Of a stretch of 64,000 nucleotides of DNA, positions 14,441 to 29,080 are shown one piece after another. The translations under genes were made by a program, and so were the position numbers. The number at the start of each line of letters is the position of its first letter. Positions within the stretch are counted from its first letter, which is position 1. Source of the DNA: Eledone cirrhosa (lineage: Eukaryota); the NCBI GenBank assembly GCA_964016885.1, contig OZ024741.1:16306001-16370000 (forward strand), read 5' to 3'. Under the pieces are notes generated by a model that saw nothing but the letters and a program-made list of their open reading frames with translations, was not told the origin of the DNA and made no database searches.

Positions 14441-14750
14441 TATTTTAAATAAACATGTTTTAACGGTTTGTTCTCCTATATTTATTTCTCCACGTGCTTC
14501 CGCTCAGCTAACTCTCTCGCCCACTAGATATTAACACTTCTAATATTTAACACTGCTGGCACTAGTATTGAGCACCCTTTGCATTCGCTATTGGCAAATA
14601 ACTACATGTATCACCTATCCCTCCTTCTCTCTCTCGATACATAAATATTCTATATATGTATATATGTATATATATATGTGTATATATATATATGTGTGTA
14701 TATATATGTGTGTATATATATGTGTGTGTGTGTAAATATATATATATATG

Positions 14751-14857
<107 letters not shown>

Positions 14858-14980
14858 GAAGGTTATATATGTAAGATGAAAATTTGTTTGTGTCAATCAA
14901 TGTGCAGCCAAAATGATTAAATTGTTCTCTTCTAATCTCTACTTCATGCCTGGTCGTTTGTTTTTCTTGTACTATACCTT

Positions 14981-15019
<39 letters not shown>

Positions 15020-15466
15020 GGATGTGTGTATATATTATAATAATAAATGTGAAGACTAAAATCCGAAGAGTGCTCGATAAGGATTATATATAGATATAAA
15101 CCCGAAGAGCAAATATTTATTATGAGAACAGATTAAATTTAAGCAAAGAATCGCTGCTTTCACCTTTCAGGGGATCTTCTGAAACTAAAAATATATATTG
15201 TGTGTAAAAGACCGAAGCTCGTTACTGCTATTTTGTGGGTGTGTTTATTTCACATCTTTTTTATTGGAGAAAGTAAAAAGTTCTTAAAATATTCTATAAT
15301 CCGTATTTTTACTTTACAATTATACGGTGAATTACATACACAGAAATAGAGAGGATTTATAAACATGTTATTTATTCGTTATACAATTTAAATGATAGTA
15401 TTGTAATTGTGGGTGGGCTCCTTTGTCTTCTGGCAACCAATATTTTTAGACCCAGTCCGGCAATGA

Positions 15467-15529
<63 letters not shown>

Positions 15530-15583
15530 CGTTTCTGGATTTGTTTAGCAAGATTCTTTATCTGAAAACGTGTGTTGAAACCG

Positions 15584-15945
15584 ATATTGTTATACTTTGG
15601 GAGGGTCATGTTGCCAATAAACACACGCACCAGTTGCTTTCATTTCAATTTATTATAAATTAAATTTATAAATTTAAGAAAATTTAGAAAAAACAAGATG
15701 GTGTAGGGTAGAACAAAGGAGAGGCGCAAAAACAAAGAAAATAATTCCCAGTCACTGAAGAGGTCACAGAATGTGTGACGAAAGAACTTTGACAATATAT
15801 GAACAATCATCTGGTTGTGGAACCAACCAACCGGAAATTTATAAATTCCTAAATTTATAAATTTAATTTATAATAAATTGAAGTGAAAGCAACTGTTGCG
15901 TGTGTTTCTTATTGGCAACATGACCCTCCCAAAGTATAACAATAT
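15584..15945. mobile_element. Fold-back pLTR module (~100-bp inverted arms) around an HHR
   Basis: ATATTGTTATACTTTGGGAGGGTCATG.../...CATGACCCTCCCAAAGTATAACAATAT; related to 31914-32497. Confidence 0.75.
15751..15793 (+). ncRNA. Minimal type I HHR with an extra nucleotide after A9
   Basis: GTCA-CTGAAGA-g-GTCAC AGAATGT GTGAC-GAA-AGAACT-T^-TGAC. Confidence 0.75.
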
Positions 15946-16046
15946 ATATATATATATGTAGAAGTTATATTTAATTTGTTGGGATTCCAACAAACTTAAA
16001 AGTTTATAACTGATATAGAGCACTCAACAGGAAAAAAATGGAGTAA

Positions 16047-16393
16047 ATATTCAATATATTAATAAATGGAAACAATATTTATAAAACCATAATTATTTTA
16101 TTATATATATTTCAAGGGCAACCAAGCCAGTCTTGGTGCGCTTTCATCAGATAAAATACAAAATTTGTTTTATAAATAGTGACATAACCATGGAAAACAA
16201 CCTTGACGGTTGAAAATTCGCTGGATAGTCGAATTTTCAACCTTCAAGGTTGTTTTCCATGGTTATGTCACTATTTATAAAACAAATTTTGTATTTTATC
16301 TGATGAAAGCGCACCAAGACTGGCTTGATTGCCCTTGAAATATATATATAAAATAATTATGGTTTTATAAATATTGTTTCCATTTATTAATAT

Positions 16394-16402
<9 letters not shown>
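16047..16402. repeat. Near-perfect palindrome, ~174-bp arms, 9-bp spacer
   Basis: 16047-16220 is the reverse complement of 16230-16402. Confidence 0.92.
16094..16158 (-). ncRNA. Type I HHR (mirror copy at 16292-16355 +, one base shorter)
   Basis: TATTTTAT-CTGATGA-AAGCGCACCAAG ACTGG CTTGGTTGCCCTT-GAA-ATATATAT-A^-ATAAAATA. Confidence 0.75.
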
Positions 16403-16885
<483 letters not shown>

Positions 16886-16889
16886 ATGT

Positions 16890-17230
<341 letters not shown>

Positions 17231-17489
17231 AAAAAATGAAACGAAATTTCATTTCCCACTCTTAGTACGGCTGTTACTTAAATATAAATATGTATACGTA
17301 CATACATATATGTATACAGACGTACAGTAGTATGTATATATATATACATACATGCACACATATATATATGTACGTATGGATTCACCAAACATTTATCATA
17401 ATGCTCGGTGTGTTTGTAAACAAACATCCCGTATTAAGCCGTAGTGTCTAGCAACCACCGTTGCTCGTTTGTTCAACACTGATAAAGGA

Positions 17490-17532
17490 ACGCTGTACTA
17501 GTTTCAAGCTTGTTAGCTATCGTCAGCAACGT
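17490..17532 (-). ncRNA. Minimal type I HHR, unit 1
   Basis: ACGTTG-CTGACGA-TAGCT AACA AGCTT-GAA-ACTAGT-A^-CAGCGT. Confidence 0.8.
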
Positions 17533-17917
17533 ATACCTTCCTGTCTGATAATTGAACGTCCGAAAGTATATACTTTCCTTATGGATATTAACGGCTGAGT
17601 AGCCCAATTTGCATATCGAGTGGGTTAATCGGCCGGGTGCACCGAAAACGATAAACGGAAAAAATGAAACGAAATTTAATTTCCCACTCTTAGTACGGCT
17701 GTTACTTAAATATAAGTATGTATACGTACATACATATATGTATACAGACGTACAGTAGTATGTATATATATATACATACATGCACACATATATATATGTA
17801 CGTATGGATTCACCAAACATTTATTATAATGCTCGGTGTTTTTGTAAACAAACATCCCGTATTAAGCCGTAGTGTCTAGCAACCACCGTTGCTCGTTTGT
17901 TCAACACTGACAAAGGA

Positions 17918-17960
17918 ACGCTGTACTAGTTTCAAGCTTGTTAGCTATCGTCAGCAACGT
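17918..17960 (-). ncRNA. Minimal type I HHR, unit 2
   Basis: Identical to the 17490-17532 motif. Confidence 0.8.
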
Positions 17961-18302
17961 ATACCTTCCTGCCAGATAGTTTTACGTCCGAAAGTATATA
18001 CTTACCTTATGCATATTAACGGCTGAGCAGCCTAATTTGCATATCGAGTGGGTTAATCGGCCGGGTGCACCGAAATCGATAAACGGAAAAAAATGAAACG
18101 AAATTTCATTTTTCTCTCTTAGTACGGCTGTTACTTAAATATAAGTATGTATACGTACATACGTATATGTATACAGACGTACAGTAGTATGTATATATAT
18201 ATACGATTAACTCACTCGATATGCAAATTAGACTGCTCAGCCGTTAATATGCATAGGGAAAGTATATACTTTCAGACGTTCAATCATCTGGCAGGAAGGT
18301 AT

Positions 18303-18345
18303 ACGTTGCTGACGATAGCTAATAAGCTTGAAACTAGTACAGCGT
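18303..18345 (+). ncRNA. Minimal type I HHR in the inverted arm
   Basis: ACGTTG-CTGACGA-TAGCT AATA AGCTT-GAA-ACTAGT-A^-CAGCGT. Confidence 0.8.
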
Positions 18346-18593
18346 TCCTTTGTCAGTGTTGAACAAATGAGCAACGATGGTTGCTAGACACTGTACGGCT
18401 TAATTCGGGATGTTTGTTTACAAACACACCGAGCATTATAATAAATGTTCGGTGAATCCATACGTACATATATATATGTGTGCATGTATGTATATATATA
18501 TACATACTACTGTACGTATATATCGTTCAATCCGAGGTAACCACAGTTAGTAAGGTAGTCAATACATAGCAGAGTATAAATATTTAAAATGAT

Positions 18594-18687
18594 TTCTACG
18601 GGACTAGAACTATTTAATTCGGAAGAAATCATCAGAAAAGCTTTCCTGATGATTTCTTCCGAATGAAACAGTTCTAGTCCTGTAGAA
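18594..18687. repeat. 94-bp palindrome containing a partial HHR core
   Basis: Centre AAG|CTT; CTGATGA-TTTC TTCC GAAT-GAAAC at 18646-18669; no stem I partner. Confidence 0.7.
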
Positions 18688-18703
18688 GCCATTTCTATAT
18701 TAA

Positions 18704-18782
<79 letters not shown>

Positions 18783-18885
18783 AAAATGTAAAAAAAACGT
18801 GATGTCCTACACGAGTGAAAGTATAAGGAAAAAAGATGAAATCAAAAATGCAACTGGAGTCTTTTTAAGAATATTTATTTGTTTC

Positions 18886-18921
18886 CTTTACCGATTTCAC
18901 AGTTCTTATGCTTTTCAAAAG
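18886..18921 (-). ncRNA. Minimal type I HHR, U3-A8 variant
   Basis: CTT-TTGAAAA-GCA TAAGAAC TGT-GAA-ATCGGT-A^-AAG; related motif at 28170-28206. Confidence 0.55.
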
Positions 18922-18991
18922 TAGAATTGAGATGGAGGGTTTGTATTTTTTCTCGCATATTATGTATGTATTTATATATATATATATATAT

Positions 18992-19105
<114 letters not shown>

Positions 19106-19180
19106 TTATATATATATATATACATACATATATGTATATATTAATATATATACATATATAATATATATAATATATATACA

Positions 19181-21921
19181 ACAATAATATCAGCTTACGC
19201 ATCCCAATCGGGGTTGCCAGACGAACTTAAGGATAGATTTTACGAGTCCCTAATGCACACTACTGCTCTAACAAACGACAATGACTTCCTAATCATCGCA
19301 GGAGATTTTAACGGACACGTAGGTAAACACTGCGACGGCTTCAATAGAGTCCATGGAGGCCACGGGGTTGGCACAAGAAATGAAGAAGGATTCAGGCTTC
19401 TAGAATTCTGCGACGCCAATGACATGTCGATATGTAACACAAACTTAAAGAAACCCGACAACCACCTGATCACCTATAGATCAGGGGAGCATTCTAGTCA
19501 GATAAATTTTATCCTCATCAGAGGACGTGACAGATGGACGGTCGTAAACACAAAATCCTTCCCTAGTGAAGAATGTACCTCCCAACATAGCTTAGTTGTC
19601 AGCGACCTCACGGTCAGAACTAGACGAACCTGGAAACAGAGGCCAACCTGGAGAAGAAAGATCTGGAAGCTGAAAGACCCCTCAACCAGTAACAGATTTA
19701 AAGATATTTTACTCAACGCCTACGATAGTAAAGAAGAACAGATAGAGACATTTAATGTAGAAGAGCACTGGGAGTTCCTAAAAAATAACTTACTAGAGAC
19801 GACGGATGAGGTCTGTGGCTGGAGTAAGACCACCAGCAGGAGGAGAGTGACTTGGTGGTGGAACAATAAGGTAGATGAGGCAGTTAAGGCCAAGAGACAA
19901 GCATGGAAAGAATGGAAGAACGGGGGGAGCAGGGTACATTACATAGAGACCAAGAGGGAAGCTAGGCGACAAGTATACTTAGCTAGGAGGGAAGCAGAGG
20001 ATAGAAAATTCAAGCATGTTTTGCAACGTGAGGACCAGAAACAGGAGGTGTTCAAGATTGCGAGGCAGTGTTTCAGAGAGAATTTTGATGTCATTGGAGA
20101 GAAGTGTATCCGGAATGATAAAGGTGAGCTTGCCCTCACAAGTGCTGAGAAGAAAGATGCATGGAAGAGCCATTATGATAGATTTCTAAATGAGGAGAAT
20201 GCATGGGAAAAAGAGACCCTACCCCAAGTAGACACTATAGAGGGGCCAGCAGTACAAGTCAGCAGCAGCGTAGTAAGTAAGGCAATCAAAGATATGAAGA
20301 TGGGGAAGGCAACCGGTCCAGCGGGTATAGCTGCCGAGATGCTGAAGTCATCTGGGTCTGTAGGTCACACTATAACCACACGTATTGTTAACCAGGTAAT
20401 ACTAGAAGGTGTCATACCAAAAGATTGGTGCAGTAGCATCATTGTCAACTGCTACAAAGATAAAGGTGATGCACTAGATAGAGGAAACTATAGAGGTATA
20501 AAGCTGATGGACCAGGTCATGAAAGTAACAGAAAGAGTTATAGCACAGTTGATTAGGGACCGGGTGAAACTAGATGAGATGCAATTTGGGTTTGTACCAG
20601 GAAGAGGCACCACTGATGCCCTCTTTCTTGTGAGGCAGTTACAGGAAAAGTACCTAGCTAAAAGTAAGCCACTCTACTTGGCATTTGTCGATCTCGAGAA
20701 AGCCTTTGACAGAGTTCCACGTGCTGTAATCTGGTGGGCTCTTAGAAAACTAGGAGTAGATGAATGGCTTGTGAAAGCTGTACAAGCCATGTATAGGGGA
20801 CTAGTCAGCAAAGTTAGGATTAGCAATGAGTATAGCGAGGAATTTAGAGTACAGGTTGGTGTCCACCAGGGCTCTGTTCTTAGCCCTCTCCTGTTCATCA
20901 TAGTCCTGCAGGCAATAACGGAGGAGTTAAAACCGGATGCCCATGGAAACTCCTGAATGCTGATGACCTCGCACTTATAGCTGAATCTATGGTAGAACTA
21001 GAGAAGAAATTCCAAACTTGGAAGCAGGGACTAGAAAGAAAGGGTCTCAAAGTCAACATGACAAAGACTAAGGTCCTTGTAAGTAGACGAGAAAACAGAA
21101 CCCAGATTCCCTCAGGGAAATGGCCTTGCTCAGTATGTAGGAAAGGTGTAGGTAGGAACTCCATTCTCTGCCCCAAATGCAAACAATGGGTACACAAGAG
21201 ATGTAGCGGGATCTCAGGAAGCTTAATTAAGAATGTAGGCTTCACATGCAGCAGCTGTGCTGGGACAGCAAGCAGCAAACAGCCACAGGAAACAAGTACC
21301 ACCAATCTCTGGGAGGGCTCTGTAGAAACAGTAGACAGCTTCTGCTACCTAGGTGACCGAATTAGCAGCGGAGGTGGGTGTTCAGAAAGTACAATAATTA
21401 GGGTAAGAACGGGATGGAAGAAGTTCAGGGAACTACTGCCACTGCTAGCTGCAAAAGGCTTCTCCCTCAAAATGAAAGGCAGACTGTATGATGCGTGTAT
21501 CCGAACAGCAATGTTACATGGTAGTGAGACCTGGGCGCTGAAGGTGGAAGACTTACGTAGATTAGAGAGAAACGAAGCCTGCATGCTCCGATGGATGTGT
21601 AATAGTAATATACGCGAACGGCAAAGCATAAATAAATTGAGAGAGAGACTGAGCATAAGAGGAATCAAATGCTGTGTGCAGGAGAGGCGGTTGCGCTGGT
21701 ATGGACATGTGATGCGTATGAAGGATGACAGCTGCATAAAAAGGTGCAGAGCACTAGAAGTCAATGGAAACCGTGGAGTGGGGAGACCCAAGAAGACCTG
21801 GGATGAGGTGATAAAAGCCGACCTTACCCAATTACACCTCTCAAAGGCGATGACACACGACCGTGACCTCTGGCGTCACGCAGTAATACAGAGTACCCGA
21901 CCTCCCATGAGTACAAGCTGA
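19181..21921 (+). pseudogene. RTE APE-RT ORF with a PHD-like Cys finger inside the RT, frameshifted near 20930
   Basis: NYRGIKL, QFGF, FVDLEKAFDRV, GVHQGSVLSPLLF; YADD reads NADD in the shifted frame; CSVC...CPKCKQWVHKRC...CSSC. Confidence 0.9.
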
Positions 21922-22187
21922 AGCATATAGACAATATGCCCCCACACCCTCCCACTGTAAAGTGGACGTGTAGGCGCCACGGAAAAAGCACCCAGCACTC
22001 ACTGTAAATGAGGTTGGTGTTAGGAAGGGCATCCAGCTGTAGAAATCAAGCCAAATCAGTTCCCGTATGACCAAGGCATGGTCAGCTGACCAGACACTGC
22101 CCACAACAGGACAACCCGTCTAACCCATGCTAGCGTGGAAGAACGGACGTAAAACGGTGATGATGATGATGATGATGATGATGATGA
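19181..22187 (+). mobile_element. RTE-clade LINE, 5'-truncated within the APE domain, with 3' UTR and (GAT)n tail
   Basis: APE motifs ISAYAS, AGDFNGHVG, SQHSLV; RT motifs; RLRWYGHVMRM; (GAT)n at 22158-22187. Confidence 0.95.
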
Positions 22188-22189
22188 CA

Positions 22190-22324
22190 AAGGAAATGTG
22201 GTAAGGAACCAGATGGACCATAACGCACCAGAATACTCAATACTTAGGGTAGTAGAGTGGGTAATAGGAAAAAGTATGACCCCGACGGCTTGAGCTCTGC
22301 CGTCGGGGTCATACTTTTTCCTAT
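22190..22324 (-). mobile_element. pLTR tail fragment ending in a 61-bp hairpin centred on HHR stem III
   Basis: Reverse-complement homolog of 17080-17190; hairpin 22264-22324 around TTGAGCTCT. Confidence 0.75.
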
Positions 22325-22539
22325 ATACATATATATATATATATGAATACATATATACATACATACTTACATGCATCTATACATGCATATATACATACAT
22401 AGATATGGGTGTATAAAGGATATATATATAGTTTTCCTCTCTCTTCCCGCCCATCTTTTGCACTAATTACCTCATACGCCCTCATCCGTATAAAACTATT
22501 CTCACTGTCCCTTTTAAACATGGAATGAGGCCCCACCCT

Positions 22540-23243
22540 CAATACCACCTCCACCTTTATCATCACCATCAGCATCACCACAGCAGCAGCAGCAGCATCA
22601 ACACCATCATCAGCAGCAGCACTATCACAATCATCCTCACCATCATCAATGTCGTTCTCATCATGATTATCATCATCATCATCACCATCTTTTGTATAAT
22701 CTTCTTCTTCTTCTTCTTCTTCTTCTTCTTCTTCTTCTTCTTCTACTCTTTGTTCTCTCCGTCCTGGGTGGTCTGTCAATCAACACACCCACCACAACCC
22801 CACACCACAACCCCACACCACACCACAACCCCACACCACACCACAACCCCACACCACAACCCCACACCACACCACAACCCCACACCACACCACAACCCCA
22901 CACCACACCACAACCCCACACCACACCACAACCCCACACCACAACCCCACACCACACCACAACCCCACACCACACCACAACCCCACACCACACCACAACC
23001 CCACACCACAACCCCACACCACACCACAACCCCACACCACACCACAACCCCCAACACCTTTCATGGCTCTATTAACCACCACCCAACCCATCGTCACCAC
23101 CACACCACCACCACCACCACTACTACTACTATTGCTACTACTACTACTACTACCACTACTACTACTACTACTACTACCACTACTACTACTACTACTACTA
23201 TTACCACTACTACCCCTACTACTACTACTACTACCACCACCAT

Positions 23244-23294
<51 letters not shown>

Positions 23295-24160
23295 CACCAC
23301 CACCACCACCACCACCACTACTACTACTATTATTACTACTACTACTACTACTACCACCACCACCACCACCACCACTACTACTACTATTATTACTACTACT
23401 ACTACTACTACTACTACTATCACCACCACTACTACCACTACCACTACTACTACTACTACCGTCATCATAATCACCATCACCACTACAAACATCACCACCA
23501 CCACCATCACCACCACCACCACCACCATCACCATCACTACCACCACCACCATCACCACCATCACCACCATCACCACCACCACCATCACGACCACCACCAC
23601 CACCATCACCACCATCACCACCACCATCACCACCATCACCACCACCATCACCACCACCACTACCACCACCACTACCACCACCATCACCACCACCATCACC
23701 ACCACCACTACTATCACCACCGCCACTACCATCACCACCACCACCATCACCACAACCATCACCACCACCATCACCACCACCACCACCACCACCATCACCA
23801 CAACCATCACCATCACCACCACCATCACCACCACAGCCATCACCACCACCATCACCACCACCATCACCACCACCACCATCCCCACCACCATCACCACCAC
23901 AACCATCACCACCACCATCACCACCACCATCACCACCACCATCACCACCACCATCACCACCACCACCACCATCCCCACCACCATCACCACCACAACCATC
24001 ACCACCACCATCACTATCACCATCACCACCACCACCACCTTCCCCACCACCACCACCACCACAACCATCACCACCACCATCACCACCACCATCACCACCA
24101 CCATCACCATCACCATCACCACCACCACCACCATCCCCACCACCATCACTATCACCATCA
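22540..24160. repeat. Compound simple repeats: (CAT)/(CAG)/(CTT)n, 18-bp CCACACCACAACCCCACA array, (ACT)/(ACC)n, (ACCATC)n
   Basis: Direct inspection; open in several frames on both strands. Confidence 0.93.
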
Positions 24161-24239
24161 TGCTTCCGAAGTCGCGGGGTTTGGGGGTTTTTTTTCATAG
24201 TTTCCGTCTCCTAAAAAGATGTGACAACAAACAAGCATT

Positions 24240-27082
24240 GTAGGGTTGCCGCATACATACTGATGTCCGCAAAGTAGTGTTCGAGTATTGTATCGCCTGA
24301 TAAAATGTTAAAATATGTGAGGCACGAATGTGGCTCTTCAGACCAGCCAAATACTTCCACCCTCTGGCACACACATGGCAACTGTAGGCTCCCCTGAGAC
24401 CTTCCATTGCTTTGTTCTGGCTGTGGGTTCTCGTGTGTCTTTTAAGACCTCCCATGCTTGCACATTCCTTGCCACATTCCTTACATCTCAGATCATAATC
24501 TACATGAGGTCCACTGATATGTTCGTGTCTAATCAAACCAGCTTTACTCAGCTAGACTCGACCACAGTGCTGGCAAACCAGATGATGTTCAACAGCAGAC
24601 AGTTCAGAACAGACTCAATCCTCACCTTCCTTTTCAGTGTTAGGTATTCTCTTCGACGAGTTTCAAAGTGTTCACCACCTGACTTGATCAAACGTCTCCA
24701 CTTCACACGCTCGTCAGCCATTTTCTCCCATTCGTCAGATGAAATTCCAGCACAAGCCAAGGTGCCCCTGATACAGTCCCGGTACCGCCTTTTTGGTTTA
24801 TGTGGTGGTCGCCTTCCTTTACACAGTTCTCCAGAGAGACGTTGCTTTGGAATACGATCATCAGACATCCGGACCACGTGACTGCACCATCTCAACCGAT
24901 ACCGAAAGATCATGCTCTCTATAGTCACGCACCTGCTCCGTTCTAGAACTTCCAAATCACTGGCTAACATTTTCCATCGCAACCCAAGTAACTTATGAAG
25001 AGATTGTTGATGAAACCTCTCCAGTTCCTTGGGGAGCTTTCTGTATGTGACCCACGTTTCACAAGCATAAAGCAAAGCGGAGACGACACAAGTCAGACAC
25101 ACTTTTAACTCGGTTTCAATGGTGATACCTCGTCTGGACCATCCAGCTGTCCAAAAGCATCACTGGCTTACTTGATTCTTAAGGATACTTCATCAAGTGT
25201 GCACGAATTGTTCAACGCACTACTAAGGTAAACAAACTTGTCAGAAACTCTTAGCCTCTTTCCGTACACTTGGTTCAAGTTCAAACTTCAGAAAAAGAGT
25301 TCATAATATGCTGCATGTTACTTTGTGAGTGTGCAAAAAGATTGCAGTCATCTGCATACAAAAACTCTCGGATTATAGATGTTAATACCTTCGTGCTTGG
25401 ACCAAAGCGCCTGATGTTGAACAACCTTCCTGAAGTGCGATACCTGATGTAAACCGCATGTGAACGATTTTTTTCTGAATGCCATGAGAAACACTATTGT
25501 AAAATATAAGGAAAACAGAATTGGAGCCGGAATGTCCCCCTGCTTCACTCCATTTTCAACTGATATTGGTTCAGAGATGCTACCACCAATACTGACCCAA
25601 GCCTTCATGTCATCATGAAAAAGACGCAAAATGTTCACAAACTTTAGAGAGCTGCCAAGCTTTTCCAAAATTTTCCACAATGCAGTTCGAGTGACGGTGT
25701 CAAAGGCCTGTGTCAAGTCAACAAAGACCTGGTAAAGGTCCATACATTGTCCGATACACTTTTCTTGCAGATGCCGAGCAGAAAAGATCATATCCACTGT
25801 TCCTCTTTCGTTTCTGAACCCACACTGCGACTCAGGTAACACATTCAGAGCAACCTTTGAAATCAATCTATCCATCAAAACTCGACACATGACTTTACCA
25901 ACTACTGAAATAAGTGATATGCCACGATAATTGCCATATTTGTCTTTCCCACCCTTTCCTTTGTGGAGAAACACCATGAGCGCATCTTTCCAATCTTGTA
26001 GGACACTCTCATCTTCCCACACCTTTTTCATGAGGTCAATCAGGCGCTGCGTGAAGTTTTAACCACCACACTTCAAACCCTCTGCACTCTGACCATCCAT
26101 ACCAGGAGACTTACCACAGTTCAACTTATGCACAGCAGAAGTCGCCTCTGCAAGAGAAGGTACATCAACCATCTCATGTTTCACTGGTTCAATAGGAATG
26201 GAACAAATGAAATCATCATCAAGCTGGGATGGTTGGTTCAAGAGCTCATCAGAGTGATCTCTCCATCTGTTGAATATGTCTTTTGGATCGCGCAGTAACT
26301 GCTTGTCATCTTTTGATCTCAAAGGTGCCACTTGTGAGCTGAAAGGACCATACACCTCTCTGAGTAGAGTGAGCAGCAGTTCCACATTGTTGCCATCAGA
26401 TGCTGCTTGAACTTCATCTGCTTTGCTGGTCCACCAGTATTTTGCATAGCCCTGAGTTTCACCTGCACTTCCTTCTTTACCTGTCTGTAACGCTCATAAT
26501 TGTCACCAACTGAGCTACCACCTTTAAGAACTGCATCAAGTACCTTTTGTTTTCTGTCTTGACTTGACCTCCCGGTCATTCTCATCAAACCAGTCCTTGT
26601 GTTTTCTTGTGACAAAGCCAAGGACCTCTGCTGAAACATCATAGACCGAACTCCTGAAGTAATTACAGTTGTTCGCACAATCCATGCTTTCAAGCCTGCG
26701 ACGCAGCACTTCCTTGACACCCTTATCTTTCATACGAACTATATTCAAGCGCTTTCGAATCTTGATACCATTCGCTCTTGTTTGAGGTTTATCACGAACT
26801 TTGCTTTGGCGTGCACTAGACGATGGTCTGTCCAGCACTCTGCGCCATGCAGAACGCGTACATGCTTGATATCCTCCATGTCACGTTTCTTCACAAGAAC
26901 ATAGTCGATCAAATGCCACAACTTCCACCCAGGGTGCATTCATGTTGTCTTGAACTTATCCTTTTGCTGGAACATCGTGCTTGTAATGAACAAATCTAAC
27001 TCCACATACATCTGTAGCAAGAGGAGACCATTGCTGTTACATTTGCCTATGCCATGTCTGCCGATCACATCCCAAGAGCGAC
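24240..27082 (-). mobile_element. Decayed RTE (BovB-like) LINE with C-terminal C2H2 fingers
   Basis: WHLIDYVLV, ECWTDHRLV, NYRGISL, ESQCGFR, FVDLTQAFDTV, GVKQG, YACETW, RLRWCSHVVRM, CKEC..H..H; many frameshifts. Confidence 0.92.
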
Positions 27083-27101
27083 CTGATATACATACATATA
27101 T

Positions 27102-27215
<114 letters not shown>

Positions 27216-27702
27216 GTGAATACATGTGTGTGGTGGAGTACGGGAGAGAGCGTGGGGGAGAGGGAGGGGAGAGAGACAAGTCGCCAATGATGATAAACAT
27301 TTTGTTGTCTGCGGCCCTGAGGCCCTGCTCACCTGAACGCCAAGTCGAAAAATGTGATTTACAATAAATAAAGTTATTTCCCAACTTTATCCTATTCTTC
27401 TGCGGATGCAGTGACATCGGCCATGACTCTGAGAGTCTTGGAGATTTGAACTTACGATTATAATGTTGTGCTTTCAATTCCTGGATTGGGTTGTGTGTTG
27501 TGTTCTTGAGCAAAATATTTCAGAGTTCCGTGATCCCTTCTGGACCTATATACCGTATTCCCCTGCTTGGATATCTATGCTATACGATTCAAAGGACACT
27601 GTCGAGTCAAACTCTCTGGTAACCAGCTTTCTTGTTTAAGCATTCATTCCTGATATACATAAACAAAACCTTATCTACCTTCACATATGTATATATATAT
27701 AT

Positions 27703-28370
<668 letters not shown>

Positions 28371-28528
28371 ATATATATATATATATATATATAACATATA
28401 TATATCACATTCATATGAATTAATATAACTTTATCCCTATAAGTATACCTATCAATTAATTATATCAATTAATTATATATATTTTGGTAGATTTATCTAC
28501 ATACTTTGCTCCTAATTTTATACAGGTA

Positions 28529-28609
<81 letters not shown>

Positions 28610-28861
28610 ATAAATTAACGGAGGCATAGGCCTTCGCTATTCCCTGTAAATAATGTGCTCAAAGGAGAAGAGATCCTGAGTTCTTTAAAATATAATATGT
28701 TGAAAAGGTAACACACCAGAGAGAGATATACAGTGCGTTATCAATAATACAGGGAAAAAAACCACCAGTGTATGGAATCTATAACCTATGAAAGGCAGAC
28801 TATAGACACGATAATTAAAAATATAAATTAAAGCGTAAATAAATACCTCTATAACTATATA

Positions 28862-28941
28862 ACACACGTACAAATCCAAAGATATGTTTCACCAATAATT
28901 TGTTGAAAGAAATGGGCTAGTCTCGGTTCATCAGCGTGTGT
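28862..28941 (-). ncRNA. Type I HHR (inverted arm)
   Basis: ACACACG-CTGATGA-ACCGA...TTGGT-GAA-ACATATC TTTG GATTTGT-A^-CGTGTGT. Confidence 0.85.
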
Positions 28942-29080
28942 AAGGCTATACATTTCAGACAACACTAAGAGAATTTTAAAATTGACTGTCCAGCTACACG
29001 TGGGAGAGAGAAGTCACAGCGTGTTTAAGGGCAGTGAACCAGTGGCCTCTGAGGGACGAACTGCTAGAAAGGGCAGCCTT

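Larger units (their letters stand above)
13301..14650 (-). mobile_element. 5'-truncated Penelope-like element with inverted pLTR
   Basis: GIY-YIG ORF on - strand; ~180-bp inverted repeats 13301-13479 / 14316-14495, each with an HHR; (TA)n flanks. Confidence 0.9.
17231..18517 (-). mobile_element. ORF-less tandem array of 428-bp HHR-containing units (~2.3 copies) plus an inverted partial unit; retrozyme-like
   Basis: Unit starts at 17231, 17659, 18088; inverted arm 18204-18517; one HHR per complete unit. Confidence 0.8.

Noticed and set aside
17546-17578. Possible second, opposite-polarity HHR in the 428-bp unit (CTGATAA...GAAAGTATATACTTTC)
   Set aside because: Core differs among the three copies and stem II does not pair, so a two-polarity viroid-like unit is not supported
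22525-24243. 572-aa Thr-rich mucin-like ORF
   Set aside because: Simple repeats open in several frames on both strands; no non-repetitive domain or splice evidence
24195-24536. C2H2 zinc-finger host gene
   Set aside because: It is the C-terminus of the adjacent minus-strand RTE LINE
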